A DNA stretch of 64,000 bases from NCBI GenBank assembly GCA_050951405.1, contig JBMNIZ010000016.1:65544-129543 (forward strand). Direction: 5' to 3'. Source of the DNA: Bacillota bacterium. GTDB taxonomy: Bacteria; Bacillota; DULZ01. Positions 1 to 9,188 of the stretch are shown piece after piece (position 1 is the stretch's first letter; each line of letters begins with the position of its first letter). The position numbers and the translations under genes were made by a program. The notes beneath the pieces are model-generated. The model saw only the letters and a list, made by a program, of their open reading frames with translations, made no database searches and was not told where the DNA came from.

Positions 1-58
1 CTTAAAAAAAATATGTGCTATGATTAATTTTTTTATTTATTTTTAAAAAACTTGGCCA

Positions 59-286
59 TTAATTATTTAGATGAACAATTGTAGTGCCGTCTTCATTGGC
101 TGTAAGTTTGTACTCAATATTGATGATGCCCTTCGTCCGAATATGGATATATCTTTTACAGTGGCGGCATTTGATAATGACTGTATCTCCGTCGATCTGA
201 CAGACGATTTTTTTGCATTGACATCTGAAGTTTTGCATTTCGGCCCCCCCTTTATCATAAGCAATAAAGGAAAAAAACAAATTCAC
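59..286 (-). CDS. Small Cys-rich zinc-finger protein resembling the Mu Com family; probable start at the internal Met (MQNFRCQCKK..., ~59..238)
   Basis: Translation shows an RCxC...(20 aa)...CxHCK pattern (FRCQCKKIVCQIDGDTVIIKCRHCKRYIHI) typical of Com-type C4 zinc fingers; sits beside the IS nest at the window edge. Confidence 0.35.
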   Translation of the reverse strand: MNLFFSFIAYDKGGAEMQNFRCQCKKIVCQIDGDTVIIKCRHCKRYIHIRTKGIINIEYKLTANEDGTTIVHLNN

Positions 287-542
287 TGTTCTTGGTGCCG
301 GCTAATCCAGCTTTGAAAAATTATTATTGCTACATACTAAGATGAAAGTTTTCTATGCCTATCCCCTCCTGTCTTTGCAAGGCAATTCCAGAACCAGATC
401 AGGCGACTATTGTTCATCCAGGAGAGTTATTGCATATTGGAGCTTCAAAGAGCAGCGTATGGTAGAGTCAAATTTCACATAGCTGGGGAGCCGGTTCTTT
501 TTGGTTCACCCCTTTCAAGGAACCTCCCCATTTTTGTTAAAG

Positions 543-582
543 GGCCGGCTCCACAAAAGGAACCGGCCTTTTTTACTCTATT
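543..582 (+). terminator. Candidate intrinsic terminator (GC hairpin ggccgg...ccggcc followed by a T6 run)
   Basis: gggccggctccacaaaaggaaccggcc followed by ttttttactc, read directly from the sequence. Confidence 0.3.
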
Positions 583-1035
583 TGATGGTGACTCAGCCTT
601 TTGCCTCTGACCTGGTCTGAAAATATGAAATTTTAGGTGAAATTTTTCCCGATCCTCTTGGTTTTTATCCCTATTATAAGATACTATTCCCAGCCTAGAT
701 TCTACGCTGCGGCCAAATATCCTGCTGGAAATGTGCGTAATTTCACTATTTGCCGGTTAATAGCTTTTCTACTGTAATATATTCGGGATTAGTTGAAAAA
801 GTCCTGCCTGATATTGCATTTGAATAAAAAATATTGATAAAATATTGTAAAAGAGCAACATTAATCTTGCCCTATTATCTCCTGAGGCGGAGCAAGTGCG
901 GGTTACAAAGAGAAGTCCAGGTGCGCTTGCCTGAAAAACCGAAAAGAGTGTCAATAACTTATGAAAATGTCACCCCAAAAGATAGTTAATTATCGTTAGA
1001 AAATGTCATCTTTAACCTGGCTATTGGGATGATAG

Positions 1036-1107
1036 CTGGCTGCCTGGCAACGTCAAGGGCGAGCTTTAGCGAGTTCATCTTGACCCTTGACGTTGCCAGG
1101 CAGCCAG
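1036..1107. repeat. 72-bp quasi-palindrome inside IS-A (24-bp perfect IR arms around a 24-bp core); the core orientation differs between the two IS-A copies
   Basis: Arms ctggctgcctggcaacgtcaaggg / cccttgacgttgccaggcagccag; core cgagctttagcgagttcatcttga. Confidence 0.85.
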
Positions 1108-1142
1108 CAGAGTAATAGTTAGCCAGGTTAAAACAACGTGTT

Positions 1143-2489
1143 TTAAGCCATTTTTGAGAGAAATATTTCTTCGAGCATCGCGAGTATTTCTTGATCACTT
1201 TCGGTAAAGGCCAGTTTTTTCACAAGTCTATGACCGTACTTGTAGTAATGGCTGTCCGGTGGTGACCATTTCTTTCTCTCTTTTGCAGGAGCCTTGTCCT
1301 GTATCTTCTTTGACTTAACGAACGGCATTGTATCGTATATAGCACCCTTATAGGCCACTTTAATACCGAAATGAGGGCTAGTAAGTACATCTATGCGGGC
1401 ACTTTTGGGTAGTGGAGGAAGTTCCTTGGACTGAATAATCTTAAAATGTTTACTGTAAAAGGAAAATACTCCACCATTGTCAAATGTACGCTGCTTAACG
1501 ATGCAAAGGATGTGGTCTATGCACAGGTTTGAAGGTACGGGTCTGAAAGCACATTCGGTATTTTCAGGCTCTACCGCAAACCGCTTATTAAACTTGTATA
1601 TGTACTTTGCTAAAAAGGCATTAGCCTCATCCAAAGTGTTGATGTTGTTACGCTTAAACTCGACCGGTAGTCTACTTTGCAGCGTTTCCCACAGACGTTC
1701 CACACGGCCCTTTGCTTGAGGTGAACGTGCGGTAATAATGGTTACACCCATCTCTTCCATAGCACGGCCAAACTGGGTTGGTTTTGTTCTTTTACCTGCC
1801 AACTGTTCTTCAATAGACAGTTTATCCTTTAAAGGTGATTTGAAAATGGTATGGCTGTCGGAATAGATACTAACCGGGATGCCGAAATTTTCAAACATAA
1901 AGCGCATAACTTCAAAGTACCCCTGGAGGCATTCATTCTTAGCCAGGTATAAGGCTACCACTTTGCCTGTAGCATCATCAATACCACCATGCAGGCTAAA
2001 CTTTTCGCTGGTACCAAACCATTCATAGGGCGTAGCATCCATCTGGATTAAAAGCCCTTCCTGGGGTTTACGCTTTCTAGTGCGATGGGGCTTAAACCTC
2101 CTACGTTTTTTCGGGCTTTCAAAGCCCGACTTCTTTAGCAGCTTGTAAAGCGCTGAATAGCTGATATTAATTTGTTCATGCTCTGCCAGCATTTCCTGAA
2201 AGTGCAAGAAATTAGCGTTTTTGTAGGTATCTGACTTTTTAAGGTTAATAATTGTCTGGGCAGTTTGATCCGGGATGGCATGATAAGGTTTTTTGCCTTT
2301 GTTTTTATGGACTAGGAAAGACGCCCCCTGTTCTTGCACTCCTTTCTTGAGGCGGAGTATTTGTCTTTCGCAAAGTCCAAGGCTCTCAGATGCTTCTTTG
2401 ACTGTGATATGCCCTTCGATGAGTTTGGTAATTACTAAAAACCTATTAAGTTGTTTTTGGGACATAAGATAATACACCTCGTTATCCAT
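1143..2489 (-). CDS. DDE transposase (N-terminal HTH plus rve integrase-core domain), 448 aa
   Basis: ORF translation (…MDATPYEWFG…SIYSDSHTIF…RVERLWETLQ) matches the rve DDE-transposase architecture; identical ORF at 42659-44006. Confidence 0.8.
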   Translation of the reverse strand: MDNEVYYLMSQKQLNRFLVITKLIEGHITVKEASESLGLCERQILRLKKGVQEQGASFLVHKNKGKKPYHAIPDQTAQTIINLKKSDTYKNANFLHFQEMLAEHEQINISYSALYKLLKKSGFESPKKRRRFKPHRTRKRKPQEGLLIQMDATPYEWFGTSEKFSLHGGIDDATGKVVALYLAKNECLQGYFEVMRFMFENFGIPVSIYSDSHTIFKSPLKDKLSIEEQLAGKRTKPTQFGRAMEEMGVTIITARSPQAKGRVERLWETLQSRLPVEFKRNNINTLDEANAFLAKYIYKFNKRFAVEPENTECAFRPVPSNLCIDHILCIVKQRTFDNGGVFSFYSKHFKIIQSKELPPLPKSARIDVLTSPHFGIKVAYKGAIYDTMPFVKSKKIQDKAPAKERKKWSPPDSHYYKYGHRLVKKLAFTESDQEILAMLEEIFLSKMA

Positions 2490-2740
2490 AGTGACATTTT
2501 ATCAAGATAATTAACAAGATGACATTATCATAAGATAACAACACTGAAAAGGTAAGTTGTAAAATTAATTGCCGCATTTAATAAAAAATAGAGACTCAAG
2601 GCTAATGTTAATGGCCATGATAAAATCGACATAAATGGTCACGAAAAACCCGCAAAACCGGTCATTTAGAAAAGGAAAAAAGCTCGTTCCCTACAACATT
2701 TTCATTGGAACCAAAACATTAAAGAAGGGAACGAGCAAAA

Positions 2741-4222
2741 ATGACAGGAGTGTGGGAAATCGTGAACATTCAAGAATGTCGGAAAGCCGGCCTAAGTAAG
2801 ACCGCCACAGCACAGCGTTTAAACCTGGACCGTGGCACCGTAGCAAAATATTGGGATGTTGAAGAGCCTTTGAAAGCACCACCGGTCTACCAGCGAAGTT
2901 CCAAAATCGATCTTTACAAAGAGTATATCACAAATCGACTGGAAAAATGGCCTGAACTGTTTGCAGAAACAATTTATGAAGAAATTAAAAAAATGGGATA
3001 TAAAGGCTCCGCAAGAACCGTCCGGCGCTACGTCTCTAAGGTACGACCAAAACTTTCCCGGGAATACAAACCCTATGAAACCCTGCCAGGTGAACAAGCC
3101 CAGGTTGACTGGGGCCACTTAGGCACCATTGTCGAAAACGGCCGGCGGGTTAAGCTTTATGTCTTTGTTTTCTGCCTAAGTTGGTCAAGAGAAAGATATG
3201 CGGAGTTCATCACTTCCCTCAATATGGCCGTCTTTAACGCCTGCCTACATCGAGCTTTCGAGTATGTGGGAGGGATTCCCGAAACAATCCTCTTTGACAA
3301 CGCCAAAACTGTGGTAGCGGAACGAGTAGGTACGATAGTGAGGTTTAATTCTACCCTTCTGGAACTGGCTTTAAGATATGGCTTCACACCCAAAGCATGT
3401 TGGATCAATGATCCGGAAAGCAAGGGCAAAGTAGAATCCAATGTCAAGTACTTGAAAAAGAGCTTCTACTACGGGCGGGAATTTAAGAACTTGGAAGACC
3501 TAAACCAGCAGTTGCAGGTGTGGCTTAAGGAAGTGGCCAATGCTAAAGTCCATGGCACCACCGGTAAAATACCTCAAGAACGCCTAATAGAAGAACGAAA
3601 CTATCTAAAACCGTTGCCGGCAATCGAAGCACCCTTACCCGTCTATGAAACCCGGAAAGCCAGCAAAACAGCCCTTATCTCCGTAGACAACAACAAATAT
3701 TCAGTCCCCGCTAAACTGGCCCGTAAAACAGTACATTTCAGGCGATACGAGGACAGGATTGAAATTCTAGATGATGAGCACGTAGTAGCTGTACATACCT
3801 TGGTAAAAGGTAAAAACCAAGTAATCATTAACGATGACCACTACCCTGAGCATCAAAAAATGAAACAAAGGCCTAAACATCCACTGCAAGCTGAGTTTGA
3901 AGCCTTGGCCCCGGTGGCCGAAGAATACCTGCAGCACCTTAGCCAACGCCGGGAAGGGCACCTTAGAGAACAGATGCAGAAGATCATCTCCCTAAAAGAA
4001 GATTACAGTGCTTCTGAAATCAATGCAGCCATGGAACGAGCTCTTAAGTTTGGAGCTATTGGTTACGCAAAGTTAAAATCAATACTGCAAAAACAATCCC
4101 AGAACCCCAATATTCTGCCTACAGTAGGTTCCAACAGAGCCAATTACAAGCTGGATAACCTTCCTTACCAAGTAGAAGTAGAACGCCGGGATACCAGCTA
4201 TTACGAGGAGGTTATCCAGTGA
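2741..4222 (+). CDS. istA: IS21-family transposase IstA (HTH plus DDE integrase core), 493 aa
   Basis: Translation, and the 4-bp overlap with downstream istB that is typical of IS21. Confidence 0.85.
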   Translation: MTGVWEIVNIQECRKAGLSKTATAQRLNLDRGTVAKYWDVEEPLKAPPVYQRSSKIDLYKEYITNRLEKWPELFAETIYEEIKKMGYKGSARTVRRYVSKVRPKLSREYKPYETLPGEQAQVDWGHLGTIVENGRRVKLYVFVFCLSWSRERYAEFITSLNMAVFNACLHRAFEYVGGIPETILFDNAKTVVAERVGTIVRFNSTLLELALRYGFTPKACWINDPESKGKVESNVKYLKKSFYYGREFKNLEDLNQQLQVWLKEVANAKVHGTTGKIPQERLIEERNYLKPLPAIEAPLPVYETRKASKTALISVDNNKYSVPAKLARKTVHFRRYEDRIEILDDEHVVAVHTLVKGKNQVIINDDHYPEHQKMKQRPKHPLQAEFEALAPVAEEYLQHLSQRREGHLREQMQKIISLKEDYSASEINAAMERALKFGAIGYAKLKSILQKQSQNPNILPTVGSNRANYKLDNLPYQVEVERRDTSYYEEVIQ

Positions 4223-5007
4223 TTAGACAAATACCAACCGCCGATCGGAAAACCCTGGAACAGAATTTAAAAAGGTTAAGACTTCCCCATATTAGAAACA
4301 TCCTTGACGATGTTAATGAATTGGCGCTGGAAGAAGAACCATCCTACCTGGATTTCTTAGCCTATGTTATTAACAAGGAGGTGGAACATAGAGACAAGAC
4401 CCAACAAGAAAAAAGAATGAAAAGAGCCTGCTTTCCCCAGATAAAGACTTTGGAAGAATTTGATTTTAGTTTCCAAAACAGCATCACCCAACAAAGCATC
4501 TATGATCTGGCAACCCTTCAATTTATCGAAGCCAAGGAGAACATCATCTTTCTGGGTCCACCGGGAGTAGGCAAGAGCCACCTGGCCATTGCCCTGGGAG
4601 TTAAGGCAGTGCTAAAAGGTTACCAAGTCCGTTTTTACACACTCACGGACCTCATTGCCGAGCTTTATGCAGCTTTAGCCGATAACAGCCTGAACAGAAA
4701 GATTAACAATATCTTAAAAAATGACCTTATCATTCTGGACGAACTGGGCTATGTGTCCATGGATGAAACCGCATCAGACCATATTTTCCAGCTGGTCACC
4801 AAAGCTTACGAAAACCGTTCTTTGATCATTACCAGCAACCTGGATTTTGGAGAATGGGGCACTCTTTTTGTGAACATGAGTACTGCTGCAGCTATCTTAG
4901 ATCGCTTACTACACCATGCCCATGTGTTTAACCTTAGGGGGAACAGTTATCGGGTAAGAAACCGATTAATACAACCAACAAATAAGATAGCGGCAACTAC
5001 AGGCTAA
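4219..5007 (+). CDS. istB: IS21-family helper ATPase IstB (AAA+, Walker A GPPGVGKSHLA), 262 aa
   Basis: Translation shows a Walker A motif and a DnaC/IstB-like sequence. Confidence 0.85.
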   Translation: MIRQIPTADRKTLEQNLKRLRLPHIRNILDDVNELALEEEPSYLDFLAYVINKEVEHRDKTQQEKRMKRACFPQIKTLEEFDFSFQNSITQQSIYDLATLQFIEAKENIIFLGPPGVGKSHLAIALGVKAVLKGYQVRFYTLTDLIAELYAALADNSLNRKINNILKNDLIILDELGYVSMDETASDHIFQLVTKAYENRSLIITSNLDFGEWGTLFVNMSTAAAILDRLLHHAHVFNLRGNSYRVRNRLIQPTNKIAATTG

Positions 5008-5188
5008 ATAAACCGGATTAAGCGAGTGCGAATTGCCTAGGAGGCGTTCCGCTACGCTCCACTGCCTCCTAGGCAATTCCTCTACCGTTATCGCAAGGAT
5101 TAAATTCTGTATGACTGCTGGTTTTTCATGGCCAAAATTGCTGGTTTTTTAGTGACCAAAAATGCGGTTTTTCAAATGGCCATTGACA

Positions 5189-5217
5189 TTTAATAAAAAA
5201 TAGAGACTCAAGGCTAA
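5189..5217. repeat. 29-bp direct repeat tttaataaaaaatagagactcaaggctaa, also at 2577-2605, flanking the IS21 insertion (apparent target duplication of IS30 left-end sequence)
   Basis: The uninterrupted IS30 copy 2 (63617-63660, reverse complement) has this sequence only once. Confidence 0.75.
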
Positions 5218-5271
5218 ACCTCTGATATGTTTAAGGTAACTACGCTTAAAAACATAAAGGAGGCAAAGCAC

Positions 5272-6330
5272 ATGAGTCAACTCAATTGTACCACGACTTC
5301 CCGCCGCTTTAAACACATCACTGTAAAAGAACGCTATCAGATTGAAATTCTTCTAAAGGAGAAGAAGTCACCCAGCGAGATAGCAAAGCTGTTAGGCAAG
5401 CATAAGCGAACCATCGAACGTGAGATTGCCCGTGGAACTGTCAGGATGCTGAGAAGCGACCTGGTTTATGTTGATAGATACTGTGCAGATACAGCAGAGC
5501 GAATATACCGGGAGAGAGCTGCTAATAAGGGAGCATGCTTAAAGATCGGTCATGACCATGGACTAGCCGATTACATTGAAAAAAAGATTATCAAAGAGGG
5601 ATATACCCCTGACGCAGTCATTGGCGAAATCCGGGCAAAAGGCTTAAAATTTAAGACTAGTATATGCACAAAAACGCTCTATAACTATATCGACAAAGAA
5701 GTATTTGCAAATATAACAAATAAAAACCTTCCAGTAAAACGAGTACCTAAAAAAAATCGCCATAAGAGGGTACGAGTTGCCCACAACAATCTAAAAGGCA
5801 GAAGCATTGAAGAAAGACCTGCGGCAGCTAATACTCGTGAAGAAGCCGGCCATTGGGAGATGGATTGTGTTGTAAGCGGCAAAGGGAAAGGCAAAGCCGC
5901 ACTCTTAGTTCTAACAGAACGCAAGTTTAGAAAAGAGATTATCCGAAAGATGCCGGAAAAGACACAGAAATCAGTGAAGAAAACGCTGGATAGGCTTGAA
6001 AGAGAGTACGGAGCACGCTTTTCAGAAGTGTTCAAAACCATTACGGTAGATAACGGAAGCGAGTTTCTTAACAGTGTAGAATTAGAGAGTTCAATCAGAA
6101 AGCCGGGCACTCATCGGACTAAAATCTATTATGCTCACCCATTCAGCGCATGGGAACGTGGGTCCAATGAAAATGCTAATAAGCTAATACGTCGGTTTAT
6201 TCCAAAGGGCACAGATATCAGCAAGCTTAAACAGAAAGATATTAGGCGAATTGAGAACTGGATGAATAATTACCCAAGAAAAATTCATGGATATAAATCT
6301 GCCAATGAGATGGCAAAGATGGCAGTATAA
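5272..6330 (+). CDS. IS30-family transposase (HTH plus DDE), ~352 aa from the Met with an RBS (aaggagg N7 ATG)
   Basis: Translation MSQLNCTTTSRRFKHITVKERYQIEIL... has an IS30-like HTH and rve core; identical ORF at 62513-63571 on the minus strand. Confidence 0.8.
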   Translation: MSQLNCTTTSRRFKHITVKERYQIEILLKEKKSPSEIAKLLGKHKRTIEREIARGTVRMLRSDLVYVDRYCADTAERIYRERAANKGACLKIGHDHGLADYIEKKIIKEGYTPDAVIGEIRAKGLKFKTSICTKTLYNYIDKEVFANITNKNLPVKRVPKKNRHKRVRVAHNNLKGRSIEERPAAANTREEAGHWEMDCVVSGKGKGKAALLVLTERKFRKEIIRKMPEKTQKSVKKTLDRLEREYGARFSEVFKTITVDNGSEFLNSVELESSIRKPGTHRTKIYYAHPFSAWERGSNENANKLIRRFIPKGTDISKLKQKDIRRIENWMNNYPRKIHGYKSANEMAKMAV

Positions 6331-6523
6331 TCAGAGGATGCCAAAATATGGGTGGCAATTAAACTTGCAATTCCCCTGATGGGAAAAATTCTGCTAAGAT
6401 ATTGACTTCCAGAAAGGAGTATATTAAGCTGAAATTGGACCGATGGGTTTAATACCTGAACCAGCGGATCAAACATTTGACTGAGGAGTTTTCTGCACTG
6501 TTCTTGTCACCGAAGGAGGAACA

Positions 6524-7144
6524 ATGGTTACTAAGGAATCCCGTAAAGAAAAAGAAAGAAACTTTAGAAGAAAAATAATCGCTGATGCGGCCGAAAGACT
6601 TTTTTCCGCAAATACTTTTGAATTCGTCACGATGGAGGACATCGCCAGTGAAGCGGAATTTGCCAAAGGCACTCTTTATCAATATTTTAACAGCAAGGAT
6701 GATATTTTTGCCTATGTGATTTGCCGCAGCATCGATGAAATCTGCGAAAAAATCAAGAAAGAATGTTTGTCTGAGCAGACCGGACAGGAATCCCTGGAAA
6801 AGCTCATTGCTATTTATTACGAGTACTTACAGGAACGAAAAAACCTGTATATATCTTTCATCCGCCTCCAATTAAGCAACGCCTTACCGGAAGAAATTGT
6901 GACCAGAGTAACGAATTCACACCAGCAGAAAATGAAACTGGTGCAGCAGGTAATTGAACGCGGCCTTGAGGAAAAAATTTTTCTCCATGAGGATGCACAA
7001 ATGCTGCTGAAGACCATTGACGGCATCGTCAGGGGTTTTAATTTTACTTTTATCAGCGATGAATATGTAATAGACAGAGAAGAAAGCATTGGTTTAATAA
7101 AAAAGGTGCTATTCGGGGGAATTCTGGCTAAACGAGGCAGGTGA
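6524..7144 (+). CDS. TetR/AcrR-family transcriptional regulator, 206 aa
   Basis: N-terminal TetR HTH (IIADAAERLFSANTFEFVTMEDIASEAEFAKGTLYQYF). Confidence 0.8.
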   Translation: MVTKESRKEKERNFRRKIIADAAERLFSANTFEFVTMEDIASEAEFAKGTLYQYFNSKDDIFAYVICRSIDEICEKIKKECLSEQTGQESLEKLIAIYYEYLQERKNLYISFIRLQLSNALPEEIVTRVTNSHQQKMKLVQQVIERGLEEKIFLHEDAQMLLKTIDGIVRGFNFTFISDEYVIDREESIGLIKKVLFGGILAKRGR

Positions 7145-7198
7145 TTTGCGTCATGTGATTTGTTTAACCGGTCACAAATTAAATCACGGAAAGGAGTA
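7142..7198. promoter_or_regulatory. Candidate operator: gtgatttg x2 direct plus caaatcac inverted around a palindromic aaccggt, between the TetR gene and the symporter gene
   Basis: Read from the sequence; TetR-family proteins bind short palindromes next to their own or divergent genes. Confidence 0.15.
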
Positions 7199-7206
7199 CT
7201 GATTGG

Positions 7207-8613
7207 ATGGCAGGCATCGATTGGAGTTTCTTTGTAAGCATGGCTTACCTCTGTGTTTTTCTGTTGATTGGTACCTTTTTGCGTGCTCACTTGCGAATTC
7301 TACAAAGATGCTTGATTCCTGTTCCCATTATTGCCGGTTTTTTAGCAATAATATTTGGACAGTATGTGTTTAAGGTCATTGACCCGGATGAAATGGCTAC
7401 CTTAGTTTATCACTTCCTCACCCTATCATTTATTGCCATGGGTTTACGCGGCTCAAGAGTCAAACATAGTTACGGGACTATCACCACTCTTTTCATCCAC
7501 AATTTCGGCCACAATATTCAAGGTTTAATCGGCCTTTTTTTTACTCTTTTTCTTTTGCTCACCTACCTACCTGACATCTTCCCTACTTTTGGTATCATGC
7601 TCAACCTGGGTTTTGCCAACAGTCCGGGAGTAGCCTACAGCATCGGTACTGCCTGGGAAGGAATGGGTTTTGCAGGTGGAGGTCAAGTAGGTTTAACAGT
7701 GGGGGCTATCGGCTTTTTGGTTGCTTATGTTCTTGGTATTATTCTTGTCAATTGGGGTATTCGCACCAATAAAACTCACTATTTCAAAGGAATGGATGAA
7801 ATTCCCCAATCAGTATTTCGGGGTATCATCAAAAAAGATGAAGCCAAAGTGGAAGCAGGCAAACAAAATATGGCCCCAGAAGCTATGGATTCACTGACTT
7901 TGCATGTGGCCATCGTCGGAACAATTTTTTTAATGACTTACTTTTTCTTGATCAATCTTACCGGATGGATGGCCGGTTTTGGAGATCTGGGTCAAGACCT
8001 GGCCAATGTTATCGGTGGTTTTGGTTTCCTTTTCGGAGTATTGATTGCCTTTGTGGTTCGTAAAATATTGTTGACCACTAATTTGGACTATCTCATCGAT
8101 GACGGACTGTTGAGCAGATTGGGCGGCACCTTTGTAGATTTGATGATCTTGACTGGTATTGCGGGTATCTCTTTTGTAGTCATCAAAGCCTACCTGTTGG
8201 AGATCATCCTGCTCAGCATTATTGGCACTATTTGCATTCCTTTGACCACATACTATTTTGTTGATAAAATGCAGATCGACTTCAAGTTTGAACGGTTTAT
8301 ATCCTTATTTGGCATGCTCACCGGTACGGTGGCCTCGGGACTGGCCCTGCTAAGAATTGTTGACCCCCACTACGATACACCTGTTGCCGAGGATCTGGTG
8401 TATGCTGGAGGAATGAACCTGATTTTATCATTGCCATTATTATTCTTAATCAATATTCCCGCTTTGGGCTACGTCAAGGGGGAATCTATAAAGTCCATCC
8501 TCTTTGTAATCGGATGCCTGGCTGCATATTTTTTGACCATGTTTCTGGTCTGGAAGATATATGCGGTCTCTTATTTTAGGAAAAGAGAAAAATCAGAAGT
8601 CCTGGGCCAATAA
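7207..8613 (+). CDS. Sodium/glutamate symporter (GltS/ESL) family membrane transporter, 468 aa
   Basis: Multi-TM protein with sequence blocks that align to E. coli GltS (CLIPVPIIAGFL..., ...SPGVAYSIGT..., ...LTGTVASGLALLRIV...). Confidence 0.55.
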   Translation: MAGIDWSFFVSMAYLCVFLLIGTFLRAHLRILQRCLIPVPIIAGFLAIIFGQYVFKVIDPDEMATLVYHFLTLSFIAMGLRGSRVKHSYGTITTLFIHNFGHNIQGLIGLFFTLFLLLTYLPDIFPTFGIMLNLGFANSPGVAYSIGTAWEGMGFAGGGQVGLTVGAIGFLVAYVLGIILVNWGIRTNKTHYFKGMDEIPQSVFRGIIKKDEAKVEAGKQNMAPEAMDSLTLHVAIVGTIFLMTYFFLINLTGWMAGFGDLGQDLANVIGGFGFLFGVLIAFVVRKILLTTNLDYLIDDGLLSRLGGTFVDLMILTGIAGISFVVIKAYLLEIILLSIIGTICIPLTTYYFVDKMQIDFKFERFISLFGMLTGTVASGLALLRIVDPHYDTPVAEDLVYAGGMNLILSLPLLFLINIPALGYVKGESIKSILFVIGCLAAYFLTMFLVWKIYAVSYFRKREKSEVLGQ

Positions 8614-8787
8614 TCCTAAAACACTTTTAAGAAGCCGCCAAAGCCGGATAAAAAACTGTTTTAGTTGGCTAGGATCTTATATTACTGTTGCCGGAGAGGG
8701 CACTCCCGCCTTGGATCATACTTGAACAATCTTTCAGGGATTGCGGCATCCAAAAAGCAATTAATCCTACTATATAAACATTGAACA

Positions 8788-8833
8788 GGCAAGGGTACTA
8801 TCCTGAAGGGCAGCACCCTTGCCTAATTTTTCC
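8788..8833 (+). terminator. Candidate terminator after the symporter gene (9-bp GC stem ggcaagggt/acccttgcc, long loop, then taattttt)
   Basis: Read from the sequence; the loop is unusually long. Confidence 0.25.
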
Positions 8834-9188
8834 AAACAATGTGCAGCTGTCGCCTAATTTATTCATCATAAATGAATTTGTGCCAGGCCGGGCCTTTTGA
8901 TTGCAACATCCAAATAATCTTATAAATTATCTAAAGATATTATAATTATGTGTAAATCCTATAAATTTAACAAAGACACTTAATAAATTTATTAGTAGTA
9001 TTTCTTTGAATAGTGCTACACTCATGACGATGCGACTATTATTATGATCATGATCCTTTTACCGGATCTTGAGCCGAAAGCAGAAAGGGGTGATTTCCGG
9101 AAATACTTGATTGAGCTCGAAGCTGCAAAATAAACAGGACCAGCAAGAACCGATTTAGGGTTAAATACAATCAAGAAACCCTTAACCG

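Larger units (their letters stand above)
948..2543 (-). mobile_element. Insertion sequence IS-A copy 1 (~1.6 kb), one rve/DDE transposase gene (IS481- or ISNCY/ISBst12-like), imperfect terminal IRs tgttgttatcttgtgataatgtcatc / gtgtcaataacttatgaaaatgtcatc
   Basis: Near-identical copy at 42608-44201 in opposite orientation; boundaries taken from where the two copies stop matching. Confidence 0.8.
2606..5188 (+). mobile_element. IS21-family element (istA plus istB) nested in the IS30 left end; terminal IRs tgttaatggccatgataaaa / tgtcaatggccatttgaaaa (TG...CA)
   Basis: Two-gene istAB structure; IRs read from the sequence; flanked by a 29-bp direct repeat. Confidence 0.8.
2551..6377 (+). mobile_element. 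IS30-family element copy 1 (about 1215 bp of its own sequence), interrupted 55 bp from its left end by an IS21-family element
   Basis: Left end ggtaagttgtaaaattaattgccgc... and right end ...gtggcaattaaacttgcaattcccct are shared with copy 2 at 62462-63676 (reverse complement); IRs contain ttaattgcc. Confidence 0.8.

Noticed and set aside
1-1000. Prophage at the left edge
   Set aside because: There is only a Com-like ORF and no structural, integrase or lysis genes in the visible sequence
986-1198. 70-aa ORF overlapping the IS-A hairpin (also 43951-44163)
   Set aside because: Its middle residues change with the hairpin-core flip and it overlaps the transposase 3' end; most likely non-coding
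5685-6110. 141-aa ORF antisense to the IS30 transposase (also 62733-63158)
   Set aside because: Antisense shadow ORF inside a well-supported transposase gene
8614-9188. Riboswitch or sRNA in the 575-bp AT-rich spacer upstream of dctM
   Set aside because: It has two similar gattgcRRcatccaaa motifs and a weak hairpin, but I recognised no conserved riboswitch core; not enough to call
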